From positions 41,706,844-41,770,843 of the forward strand of contig NC_057728.1 in the NCBI RefSeq assembly GCF_004010195.1: a DNA stretch of 64,000 bases, written 5' to 3'. This document shows positions 14,301 to 24,600 of the stretch, piece after piece. Origin of the DNA: Chiloscyllium plagiosum. Lineage: Eukaryota. Every line of letters starts with the position of its first letter. Position 1 is the stretch's first letter. The notes beneath the pieces were generated by a model, which did no database searches, was not told the origin of the DNA, and was given only the letters and a program-made list of their open reading frames with translations. The position numbers and the translations under genes were made by a program.

Positions 14301-14879
14301 AAGCTTGCACGGTCAGTTCCTTCCAAATAATGTAGTACTTTAAAAAGAAATCATGTAGTGTTGAACTAAAATTCAGTTAAGCTTTCCCAGCTGTGAAGAT
14401 GGACATCAAAATGGACAGAGTAGTAGTAAATGTCCTTGGTAATGTTTGTCACAAAAGCAGACAATATAATTTTCTACTAGAATCTGCATTCCAATGTTGC
14501 TCAGTTTACCCAACATGTGCAATCACAAAAGGAAAGTTAGGAGGTAACACAATTGAAATAACTGAATTACTGAAATTAAATTCAGGAAAGCTCAAGCTTA
14601 GGTTCTGATCTTTCATTCAAACAAATATTTTCATGATACCTTAAGTTTAAGATATTCTGGCCAGCTGTAATTTTGTCAAAGATGTTACGTACTGTACTGA
14701 TGTGTACAGAGCAACATTACTGGATGGCATTAGGAGTCCATCATCCATACTTCCTTGTCAAGTGATTGAAGACACCATAGAAATAGCAATGTAATGAATT
14801 AGAGATTTTAAAACGTAAAGTTAAATGAAAAAGAGCAATTGCATCAATTAAAACAATTTGCCACAATTTTATAAAATCA

Positions 14880-15370
14880 ATGACTGAACCTGGATCTACT
14901 ACACATTTCTGGTCTTCATGTTCTCAAAAATGGATGTTGAGGAGAAGATGTAAGAAAGATTTACAATAACACCAGAGGTTAAAGACTGAAAGATGGGGCT
15001 CTTGACTGAATGATGATCTTGTTGATGTCTTACAAGTTTAGGCATGGAGAAAATATTTCCATTTGTGATGTAGGGCTGTAAATATATGATCATCAATAAA
15101 TGTAATGTGAAATTGGGTAGTAACTTCCTTATCCAGAGGATGGCAAGAATGTGCAGTGTGGAACTCACTATCACAAGGAGTAGTTGAGAAGAATCACATT
15201 GATGCATTTCAGGGACAGCTAGATAAACACACAAAGGAGAAATGTAGAGGAGATTATGCTGATAGCTTTAGATAAAGAAGGATAAGAATTCTTGTGGGAA
15301 GGAGATTTGTGTGAAGGATAGACATCAGCATAGACCAGTAGGACCAAATGGACTATTCATGTGCTGTAAG
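14880..15370 (+). mobile_element. Old CR1-type LINE 3' fragment
   Basis: Degenerate agatttacaataacaccagagg, gtggaactcactatcacaaggagtagttgag, and 3' end ggaccaaatggactattcatgtgctgta. Confidence 0.6.
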
Positions 15371-16190
15371 ATGTAGGTAAATTTAGCATTTTAAAAGCAA
15401 TCATTACACAGCATACTACTTTTCACATATTGGTGATCGTGAGTGTTTGCACTACAGGGATAAATCCTTTCAATAACTGCATGGAATAATAAAAACTGTT
15501 TATTCTTCTACACTGATTTATTTCAACAGCAAGTTTTGATCACTATAATTAAGTTCGACAGTCATTTTATACTGTTAGTTGTATAAATTTACTATACATT
15601 CACAATACCTGTTAAACCATGTTATCAATTAATGGGTTACCAGCTCCTCTTTAAAATTATATATATAAAGCTTTGCTTCATCACTCATTGTCCCCAATCA
15701 TTTCCTCTCACTAAAAAAGCAATTTTCCCCTTTCAAAACAGAGGAATAGCTATTTCATTTTGCAACCTATTTTATCTATCTCTGGTTGCTTTCCATATAT
15801 GGCACTCGCACAAAATCTGCAGAACAGGACCATCATATCTTAATGGGCATTTGTTACACATTAATCTCCATAACTTCAATATTGCTTGTAACAAAAACTT
15901 ATCTAATTATTTAATGAAAGAATTAGCAAATACAGTACCATCATTATCTCCTTGCTATTAAAATAATAAGAAAATAAAACTTTTTTTTAAACTTCTATAA
16001 CCGATATATACATAGAACTGGGGTCACATTACTTGGATTCCCAGATTTAAGTTTCCTTTAAATCTTCTTCGTCCAAAGTAAAGAGCTTTGATTTTGCAAG
16101 ATTCTTTTGAAAGTACCTGAAGGGAACAGATAACTGAAGTACACAAACCACAGAAAAGGCAAATGTAGCCTCAACTCTGTACTGTATCAG

Positions 16191-16378
16191 GCAAAAGTGA
16201 AGATTGCAGACGCTGGAGATTAGAGTCAAGTGTGTGGTGCTGGAAAAGCACAGCAGGGCAGGCAGCATCTGAGGAGCAGGAGGATCTACGTTTTGGGTTT
16301 TGTCTGAAACATAGATCCTCCTACTTCTCAGATGCTGCCTGATCTGCTGTGCTTTTCCAGCACCACACACTCGACTCT
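16191..16378. mobile_element. Fold-back Penelope-like pLTR insertion in HMGA2 intron 3
   Basis: Arms 16222-~16298 and ~16302-16378 are reverse complements with few mismatches; 31-nt unpaired tail 16191-16221; perfect 13-bp TSD tgtactgtatcag at 16178-16190 and 16379-16391. Confidence 0.88.
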
Positions 16379-16723
16379 TGTACTGTATCAGTTGATCTCA
16401 AGTGGACTATCAACATGGGCATGACTTTTTTTCCCATTTTCCCTTCTCTAAGCTAGCACAATCACTCATGGTTGATTAATATTCGATGATCCTAGCTGGA
16501 AATGTAAATGCAGGGACATTTGTGAAGGGCAGTATGGAGTTCAGTGGTGATGTATCTCCAGTCCAATATACAACTAAACTCATATGAAAAATGGAACAGT
16601 TGAGCAATGTACTAAGAGGGTTCTTTGATGGAAATCAATGCCTCTGCATTCAGGGGAAAATATATAGAGAGAAGGAAAAGTAGTTCAACACTAATGCGAT
16701 ACATGAAAAAAAGGGGCACTTAC

Positions 16724-16774
16724 CCATTTTCTAGGTCTACCCCTAGGTCGTTTCTCACCAGAGGACTCAGCTTT
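16724..16774 (-). CDS. HMGA2: HMGA2 coding exon 3 (third AT-hook), KAESSGEKRPRGRPRKW
   Basis: 51 nt, acceptor ttttgttag, donor gtaagt, phase 0; the terminal PRGRPRKW is HMGA2-type. Confidence 0.96.
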
Positions 16775-19540
16775 CTAACAAAAGAATTGGAAAACTATGT
16801 TACCTCCATATTCTGAAGTCCTAACACAATCTCATAAGTTGACATGTCTTTATTATAAACATAAAACTTTTGATTATTCTATTAAACTTGCGTGCGCTCA
16901 CAACTCAATTTCACCAATTCCTAACAAATGGCTTATTAATTGATCAGGCCACTAAATTTCATCCCTAGCAAAAGAAAAGGAACTGTATAATAACTCATTT
17001 CCTACAGTAACTATGTTTACAGTCTACTTTTGAGCTATTTTCAGGCACAAACAACACACAGACCCCCTATGCAACAAGGCACACTTGATGCTGTATTTAT
17101 ACACTGTACACTAAAACGTATACACTGTACACTAAAAAATGTTGTATTGCTGATCAAAGAGGGGTGAAACGTTAGTTGAAATTGCATCCAATGTCTTTTA
17201 TTATGCAATAGGCTAAATTGCTCAGAAGTAATTTTACTTTTAAAATTAAGAAGGAAAAAAATCATTGGCCCCAAATTATCATTCTTATAGTCAGTAAGTT
17301 AATAAGATAAATTCAGCTAGTGATTAATTTTCACAGTCCAACCCAAAGATGTCTACAAAAATATGGATCTTCGAAACAAGTCTCAACTTAAATTATTGAC
17401 AATTAACATTTGGATTTGCAAGTTACCTGAACTCCAGGGTTATTAAAGTACTTGAAATAAGGAGACAATTGATATGGGAGCTGAACCAAGAAAGGTGGAG
17501 CTTTGAGCTGTACTTTTGTACGTTGCTATGTTGGGCGCAAAGGAAATTAGACCTGTGCAGTTGAAGGCAATTAACAAGACAAGGCCTGTTTAAATAATTT
17601 AATGGATATAAAGTATTCCTTAGGCACCCATCCTTTGTTGAGTAATAACGTAAGTGTAACAAATATAAACCCTGGAAAAGATATCTGACCTTTCAAAATG
17701 ATACTGTTAGACATCAAGATAGACTGTGTCAAAGGTTCAGGTCGAGGGATTAATTGATGATGTACAGGACAGATAGCTATTGCAGAGATTATGTAATACC
17801 ATCAGAGCGGTACATGGATTTAAATTTTACCAAGGTGGTCAAAAATCAAAGGGAAGAACTTGAGTTATTAAATACAGTGTTAAAGAAAAATGGACTTGAA
17901 AACATTATAGGACAAAAATAATTTTCAATATTTCAGCTTTTGAAATTTTTAACTCTGCCTTTTATTTTATTCGGTTTGGAAGTTATTTGCTATTGTTATC
18001 ATTTTTAAAAGGTGATGCTTAACCAAAAGAACATTGTGCCAAATTTCTAATCTAGAAAACCAAAAGCAAAAAAAAACAATCACAATATCTTCCAATACAG
18101 AGCCTAATTTCAGTTATTCCTTTTATCTTTTAATTATTAAACTAATCACTGTAATAGCCTTTTATCAGCAAAGGTAACACAAGAATGACACATTTCAGAA
18201 AAATCAGTGTTGTAGTTAATGTATTGCTGTCAAATTCTTGTCATGTTTTATACTACAGGTCTCCTAATAAATGTTTTTTAAAGCATATACCCTAATGGAC
18301 AAAGTCTCAAAAACGAGATTTCTCTAAGCTTTCTTTGAAATTTCCCACTTTTCCATTTCACTTATAGGAATTGTCACAATGAGACATACAGATCAATACC
18401 CCATTTTGCTCTTTTAATTTATAAACTTTTAAGTATTTCAAGAGAAGACTCAATCTGAAGAACTCTTCAGGCGTCCTAATTTCTGGGGACAGGAGTTTAA
18501 TGTAGACATCAATGGAATAACATTTTCAGGATGAATTAGCCAAACATTGACCATAGTTGCAAGAGATTTTCAGTGTATTAGAAAATTTGCACACCTGTTT
18601 TATCTTAAAAAGCTTCAAACAAAACAATCAAAAACCATCATCAACCCCCAAAGTTTGCAGAACTTTACTTCCATGTCAATATTTAACGAGATGAACATGC
18701 TCTTATGATTTTTGGAATTAACAAGTCTATTTTGGAAAAGCACAAATTTAATCTTAGTACTCTTGATCAAAACTCTTCTGATCTATATTTTTCCCTCAAA
18801 CTCAGAATAAATTTTGCGCAATTATAACATTTCTGTTAACATTAAAACAAACTTTGGCAAATATTTGTTGCCATAGAACTGCTCGTCAATATGCACCACA
18901 TGGATTTTGCAATAAATTGAGTACTGAGAACTTTAACTTTTATTCTGCTAACATTTCAAATCGATAAAGAACAGAATTAGAGGTTTTTTTGAATGTTCAA
19001 ATAATCATTGTTTTCAACCTAGCCATGCCCAAATTTAAATTTAATAAAGTGCCAAACATATGTGTAGAAAAACCACAAAATATTGCTCATTAACATTTGA
19101 TAATAGCGATTCAACATATTGAAATTTTAAGACAAAAGCATAGGTCAAGCAACGATAAGTCAGAGGTTTCTTCAGATGGAATTAAGTATGATGGCATCAT
19201 TAAATGTTGATAATTAGTACTACACATTCTACGGTAAAATATAACAAGAGAAAAGTCTCTCCTTCTCAAAACTACTTAACTTCCTCAGACTAAAGCAGAA
19301 AATGATCCTTCCTATAGGAAGCGGTCATGGTCTCAACACTTTAAACCTGGACTCTACTCTGACACAGCAGGAAATGTGATTCAAACAACACAAATGACTA
19401 AAATGGTGTAAATCCTCTGATAATCGGGATGAATGATGGAACTCATTTGTAAACTGGATTCTGATGAATGATTGAACTAGTTTGTGAAGTCGTCTTCTAA
19501 GTGCGGTTAATGTTCAGAAATGTTTCCACGTTAATCTCAC

Positions 19541-19627
19541 CTTTTGAGCTGCTTTGGAGGGACCCTTGTTTTTGCTTCCTTTTGGTCTTCCCCTCGGTCG
19601 TTTAGGCGTAGGTGGTCCAGTCGGTTC
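19541..19627 (-). CDS. HMGA2: HMGA2 coding exon 2 (second AT-hook), [29 protein letters not shown]
   Basis: 87 nt, acceptor ttatag, donor gtgaga, phase 0; near-identical to mammalian HMGA2 exon 2. Confidence 0.97.
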
Positions 19628-21418
19628 CTATAATTTAATATGGAACAGTGACCAGTTAAGGGCAGATTTACGGAACTTTAGACTTCAATGCATTAAATTC
19701 TTTAGAAAAAGTGCACAAACAGAACCTCAAGCTCAATGTATAAAGTTGGGTCTTGGTGACATTCTGCAGTTTGCTTGGATTTATTGGAATCATGTTATCA
19801 TTTTGGAAAATATTGAATGAGATACTGGGTCATTTTTAGCTGATAACTTTTTTAAAAAAGTTTTCCCAAAGTTTTAGTAATCCCAAAGTATCATTTGACT
19901 TTCTGAAGCCCTTGTTGTTATTATGAATCTTCACTATACCAATTGCAATTTAAGAAGTCTAATTGTATTATTGGCAAAATAGATGCGACCGGCATACAAT
20001 ATGCACTGGACTTGACCAAATATGGCAAACTTTTAATCGTTTAAAGCTTGTGAGGGGGAAAGTTATTGTTTTTAGGTTCATTGAAATCCACTCCAAATTT
20101 TCTAACAACGTGCGTTCTTTTGAAAACTGAATGATGTGCTGTGACCATTTACCAAACTAATAGTGTTGGGAGGGGGGGGGGGGGATATCCAGAGTCAACA
20201 GGCAATCGCCATTCAAACTGAAGACATTCAAACTTTTAGCAAACAGATCCAATGAAAAACTTGCTGGTTGAATGGGCTCAGGTTCTTAAATAACCATGTC
20301 TCGAAACAAGCGCGTTTCAACTTCGATTCCCAAATCTTGGAGGGGGGGGGGGGGAGTAACACAAACTTGTGCGCTTGGCAAGCTGTATTTTCAACCATTC
20401 GGAGACATTTAATAAAAAGCGAACGTGTCAAATCCAAACGGAAGGAAAAGTCTGTGCAGATATTTGTTTGCTTTTTAAATAAACCACTGCCCCGCAGATT
20501 CATGATCCGGGCACACACCATATTATTAAATAGCCTTGTAGGATGTCTTGCTTAGAATATAAAGCAAGAAAGAGGCAAAAAATTTGGGATCACTGAATCA
20601 ATTCGGACGCGTGCAAAATCAGTTATTTCACTTGCACAGAGTGATGCATGAGCAAATAGCAATGACTGTGCCCAACACTGTATGGGGGGGGGGGGGGGGA
20701 GAGAAAGCGCCTCTGTTTTGTAGATAATCTGGAATTACCGCATTTACATTACATAACGTCCATTACTACGGTCCTGAAAGTGACCAGAATTTTGGGGGGG
20801 GGGGGGGGGGAATGATAATCTCATGCACTTTTCAACGCTGGAACAATGCAGGGATTTTTAAACAGCGCACAGTGCTGGAGATTTTCATCAAAACTATGGG
20901 AAAATAAACCTTTACTGCAGCCACGTAGAGAGAGAGAGAGAGGGAGGGAGGGCGAGTGTGTGTCCCACAAGACATCAAATTAGGCGGGATTTTCGGATCA
21001 CATTTTTTAAATGGGTGCAACTTAAAAAACACAAACGAAATAGCCGGGAGTCCCAGAAGTCTTGGAAGCCGCGAATATGCGACAGATAGCTCCGGTAACC
21101 GAGTATCATTCAGTTTATTGCAACCCCTTTTGAACGCTGTGTTCTATTATTGATATCACTGGCAGCGTTTAACGTTACCGTCACCCGGAGATCATTGTTT
21201 GAAAGCGCTTCCGAACCTACCATCACTGAGCGTCCCCATCGCTAACACTGGCTTCCAGCAGGCTGAGCAGCATTTACTGAAGCCACAGGATTGTGAATAC
21301 AAGAGGGTGGCAGTTTACAAACAGCACACACAACCCAACGCACAAAAACCTAAATTGTCCCATTCAGTTAAAATAAAAATTTAGTTTACCGAAAACGAAA
21401 TAAACGCATGATACTGAC

Positions 21419-21523
21419 TTGCTGCTGTTTCTTGGGTCTTCCCCGACCTCTCTTCTGCGGTGTCTCTGCAGGTTGTTCCGGGGGAGTCGATGACTGGCTC
21501 GGTCCTTCACCTCCTGTACTCAT
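21419..21523 (-). CDS. HMGA2: HMGA2 coding exon 1 (start codon, first AT-hook), MSTGGEGPSQSSTPPEQPAETPQKRGRGRPKKQQQ
   Basis: ATG in Kozak context gccacaATG; 105 nt; donor CAA|gtcagt; joins in frame to exon 2. Confidence 0.96.
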
Positions 21524-21602
21524 TGTGGCTTCTGACACTCCTGGCTCTTTCCAACAGGTTAACACCAAGAAGCAGAAACACCGGACGTCCTGCTGTTGAA
21601 TG

Positions 21603-21688
21603 TGATGAGGAGGAGGCAAAAAAAAAGAAATGGAGGGGGGGGGAAGGGGGGGGGGGGGGGGGGGGGGGGGGTGGTGAGGTGGGGGGAA
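21603..21688 (-). promoter_or_regulatory. Polypyrimidine/polypurine tract in the 5' UTR/core-promoter region of HMGA2
   Basis: Plus strand almost purely G/A (gaggaggaggcaaaaaaaaagaaatggagggggggggaagggg...), 80-165 nt upstream of the ATG. Confidence 0.65.
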
Positions 21689-24600
21689 TAAACTAGGGCA
21701 ACAAAGTCCAGGATGCTACGAAAAAGATGCGCTCGTTCTTGAGGTGGGTACCGCTGTTGGGGCTTTTGTTTCTTTTAAATACCCTTCTGTCGTTGTAATT
21801 TGAATGGGAGTTAGGAATGAACCGAGCCAGTTATAATCTACCGGCAATGAAATAGGTGTACTATAGTTTGCTGCCAAGTTTACAAATAATGACCATACTT
21901 TATATAAACCAACACACGGAGGGGAGAGAGAGAGCGCGCAGCCGGTGTGGAAGAGTTTCAATTAAAGGAAAGGAATTACTGGGGGCTATAATTCCCGTCC
22001 AGCCCTCGAAATGAGAATGAGTTTTTTAAAAAAAACACCTTTCCCCGTGGTTGGAATAGAAAAGCAGGGAAATGTTTGGGGGAGGGGACGGTGGGGTTGA
22101 GAAGGGGAGGGGGCTGGGGGATGAAGAAAACGAAACGATCGGCTCGGACAAGAGCCAGATAAAACATTAGGACTTTGGTGGTGGTGGTGGTGGTGGTGGG
22201 GGGGGGGGTAGAGCCTCAGTCAAGGGAGCTCACGTGTCTCAGACTCGGGCACTCAGTAATAAAGCTTCCTGTGAATGGCTGGAATCCAGCAGGTTATTTC
22301 AATACACACCGTGTGAGCAACACAGCAACATTCCGAGGCTAGGAGTGCTTACGAGGTGCTCCCACTTTCTCTCTGAGGCATAGCGGAGCACCTCATCCAT
22401 GAAGGTATCGGTAGCCGAACTGCAACTCCCTCCCCCCACTTCATTGTAGTCTGCTGCTGAGTAAGTCAGCACTGGGCCCTGCTAATCGCTGTACAAAGGG
22501 CAAATGTGGGGGGTGGTGGTGAAGAAGCGTCTCTCTCTCTCCCAATTTAAAACCAGCTTGGTATAGGAAATTGGCAAAAATAAATGGTCCACATTTTACA
22601 CTGAGAAATCTGCTAATTTCACTCTTTCCCCCCCCCACACCTTTGCTGTGTATTTTTAAATAAAAGATGTCTTTAAGATACTACTTTCACGAGCAAGATG
22701 TAAGATTCCGAATTGCAACAGGGGTTGGTGGCTTATTTTGAACGATTAAGCGCACACACAGCTTGCACAAGAGCAAGGAACATCTTCGCTTGCAGTGTGC
22801 GCCTCTCCGTAGAAGCTGCATGTGCTTTCTCGACCTCCAACAGCCAAGCGCGCCTTTGATGTGCGCCGCTCAACGACATAAAGTGAGATCAATTACAGAG
22901 GAACAACAGTGACAAAGAATTCCCTGCTTTACGTGCAGGCAGTTTCCCACGATCGCCGAGTCAGTTCTGAACAAGGAATTTAGATTTCTCCCTGTCCTCT
23001 CTTGTCTGCCACACAATAGGGGGAGAGAGAGAGAGAGAGAGACATGAATTTCTGTGCTGGGTAGTGGTGGTATTGGGGGGGGAGACAGGAACAAGTTTAC
23101 AGTATGTGAACTTTACGCGTTGATTGTTGCAAAAAGTAAACGCGTTTCGCAATTTGCACTCGGCTGAGAGAGCAGCAAGTTTTTTTTTAAAAGAAAGGTT
23201 AAGTAACTTTGAAAAGAAACTGCAGTGCCAACCTACCCCCCCCCAAAAAAAACACATCTACGCGGTTAATCTGTCATTCGCAGATCAACTTCATTCACAA
23301 AAAAACCCAGCAATGGGGACCCCCAAGATGCAGGACGGGAAAGTTTGCCCGCCCGTCTGCTGTGGACTCCTCCCCCTGTAGACTGCATGGCGTCAGGTCT
23401 TGAAACGAATGAAATGATCATGCTAAAAAAAAACCTAATCAATAGTCATTGCCGTAAATTACTGCAGGAAGTGCTAAAAAAAACACAAATTCCTGAAAGA
23501 AGACCGATTGCAACCTCAGGCATGTAGGGCTCGGGAAAACGACAATGGGTAATCCATATATATATATATGTGTGTGTTCTCCCCAGTTCGGAAATAAAAA
23601 TATTTGCAATTGGAGTGTTTCGGTGGGGAAGCTTCAGTTCACCTCCGCCCTTACCACTGACGCATTAAATGACTCCCTATCCCTGTTTGATCGCTCTGAT
23701 TAGTTAAATCCAAATTACCTGGGTATGGAAATACAAACTTTTAGAAGTGTGATCTATTGCCTGGTGGTCAATGGGGTTTCGAAATGAATCCGCAGTTTGC
23801 AACATGACTGCTGGAAATGAACAGTTGATTTGGGGGGGTGGGATGGGGGAATTGAGAGTGGGAGTTAAGCCACAGTTTAAAACCCTGAAGTTGGGCGGCT
23901 GCCCGAGAGTGGTGGGTTGTTGCCTTCATTTCTGTCAGGGATGGTGGAGTATGCTGTCACATTAAATGTGTTTATATCCTGTGTTTTCGCTCCGTAGGGA
24001 TGCCGAGGGAATGTCAGCATAGGCTGTGTAACAGGGGGAAGGAGGATTTGGAAGCATGGTGTACCACAGGCATAGACACTGAAAGATGGGACCACACCAA
24101 TGGTAAGCAACCTTCCCCCACCCTAACACACCTCAAAAAAAAGTTTGGCGTTACACGTAATTCCTGAAGGATTTTAACATTATATTATTAAGCTCTTTCA
24201 CACGTATATATGTGTGTGTATGCTATCATACACACATATAAGCAGTTTTCTTTTCTAGACATCCAATTCCCGATTTTTAAAATATCATTGCAAACAAAAA
24301 AGCCACTTCTTTTCTCAATCAAATCTCACTCATTCACAAAGTCTTGGCCTCTCAGCTGGTACTGTAACGGCTTGCCCCCATCCCCCAGTCTTCAAAGCAC
24401 GTTGCTGACCTGGAACACGTTTTACCTCATGGTAGAAACAAAGACAAAGGCACAGTTTAGCTCCTCGCGCTTACAATTAGCCTAAGAATTTATCTGTAAA
24501 CATACAAACGTGGTTCTCTCTCGGGTGCAAATCTGCAGACGCATTGGGGAAGTGAATGGGTGGTGTGTGTATTTGCTGGGGTGGGGAGGATGCTATTGGA

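Noticed and set aside
1..16723. HMGA2 exons 4-5 (PQQVVQKK.., acidic tail)
   Set aside because: No matching minus-strand exon found by eye. Intron 3 is very long in other vertebrates, so they probably lie beyond the left edge, though a 33-nt exon could have been missed.
17098..17137. 21-bp tandem duplication tatacactgtacactaaaa (and a ~35-bp one at ~19429-19490)
   Set aside because: Ordinary slippage duplications with no further structure.
19554..19820. Plus-strand ORFs antisense to HMGA2 exons (also 16625-16816, 21408-21599, 21460-21696)
   Set aside because: Short shadow ORFs of GC-rich exons or homopolymer runs with no recognisable domains.
21386..21619. 77-aa ORF suggesting an N-terminally extended HMGA2
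   Set aside because: It begins at a TTG, not ATG. The ATG at 21523 has a good Kozak context and matches the known N-terminus, and the ORF's C-terminal VSIMRLFRFR is intron read-through.
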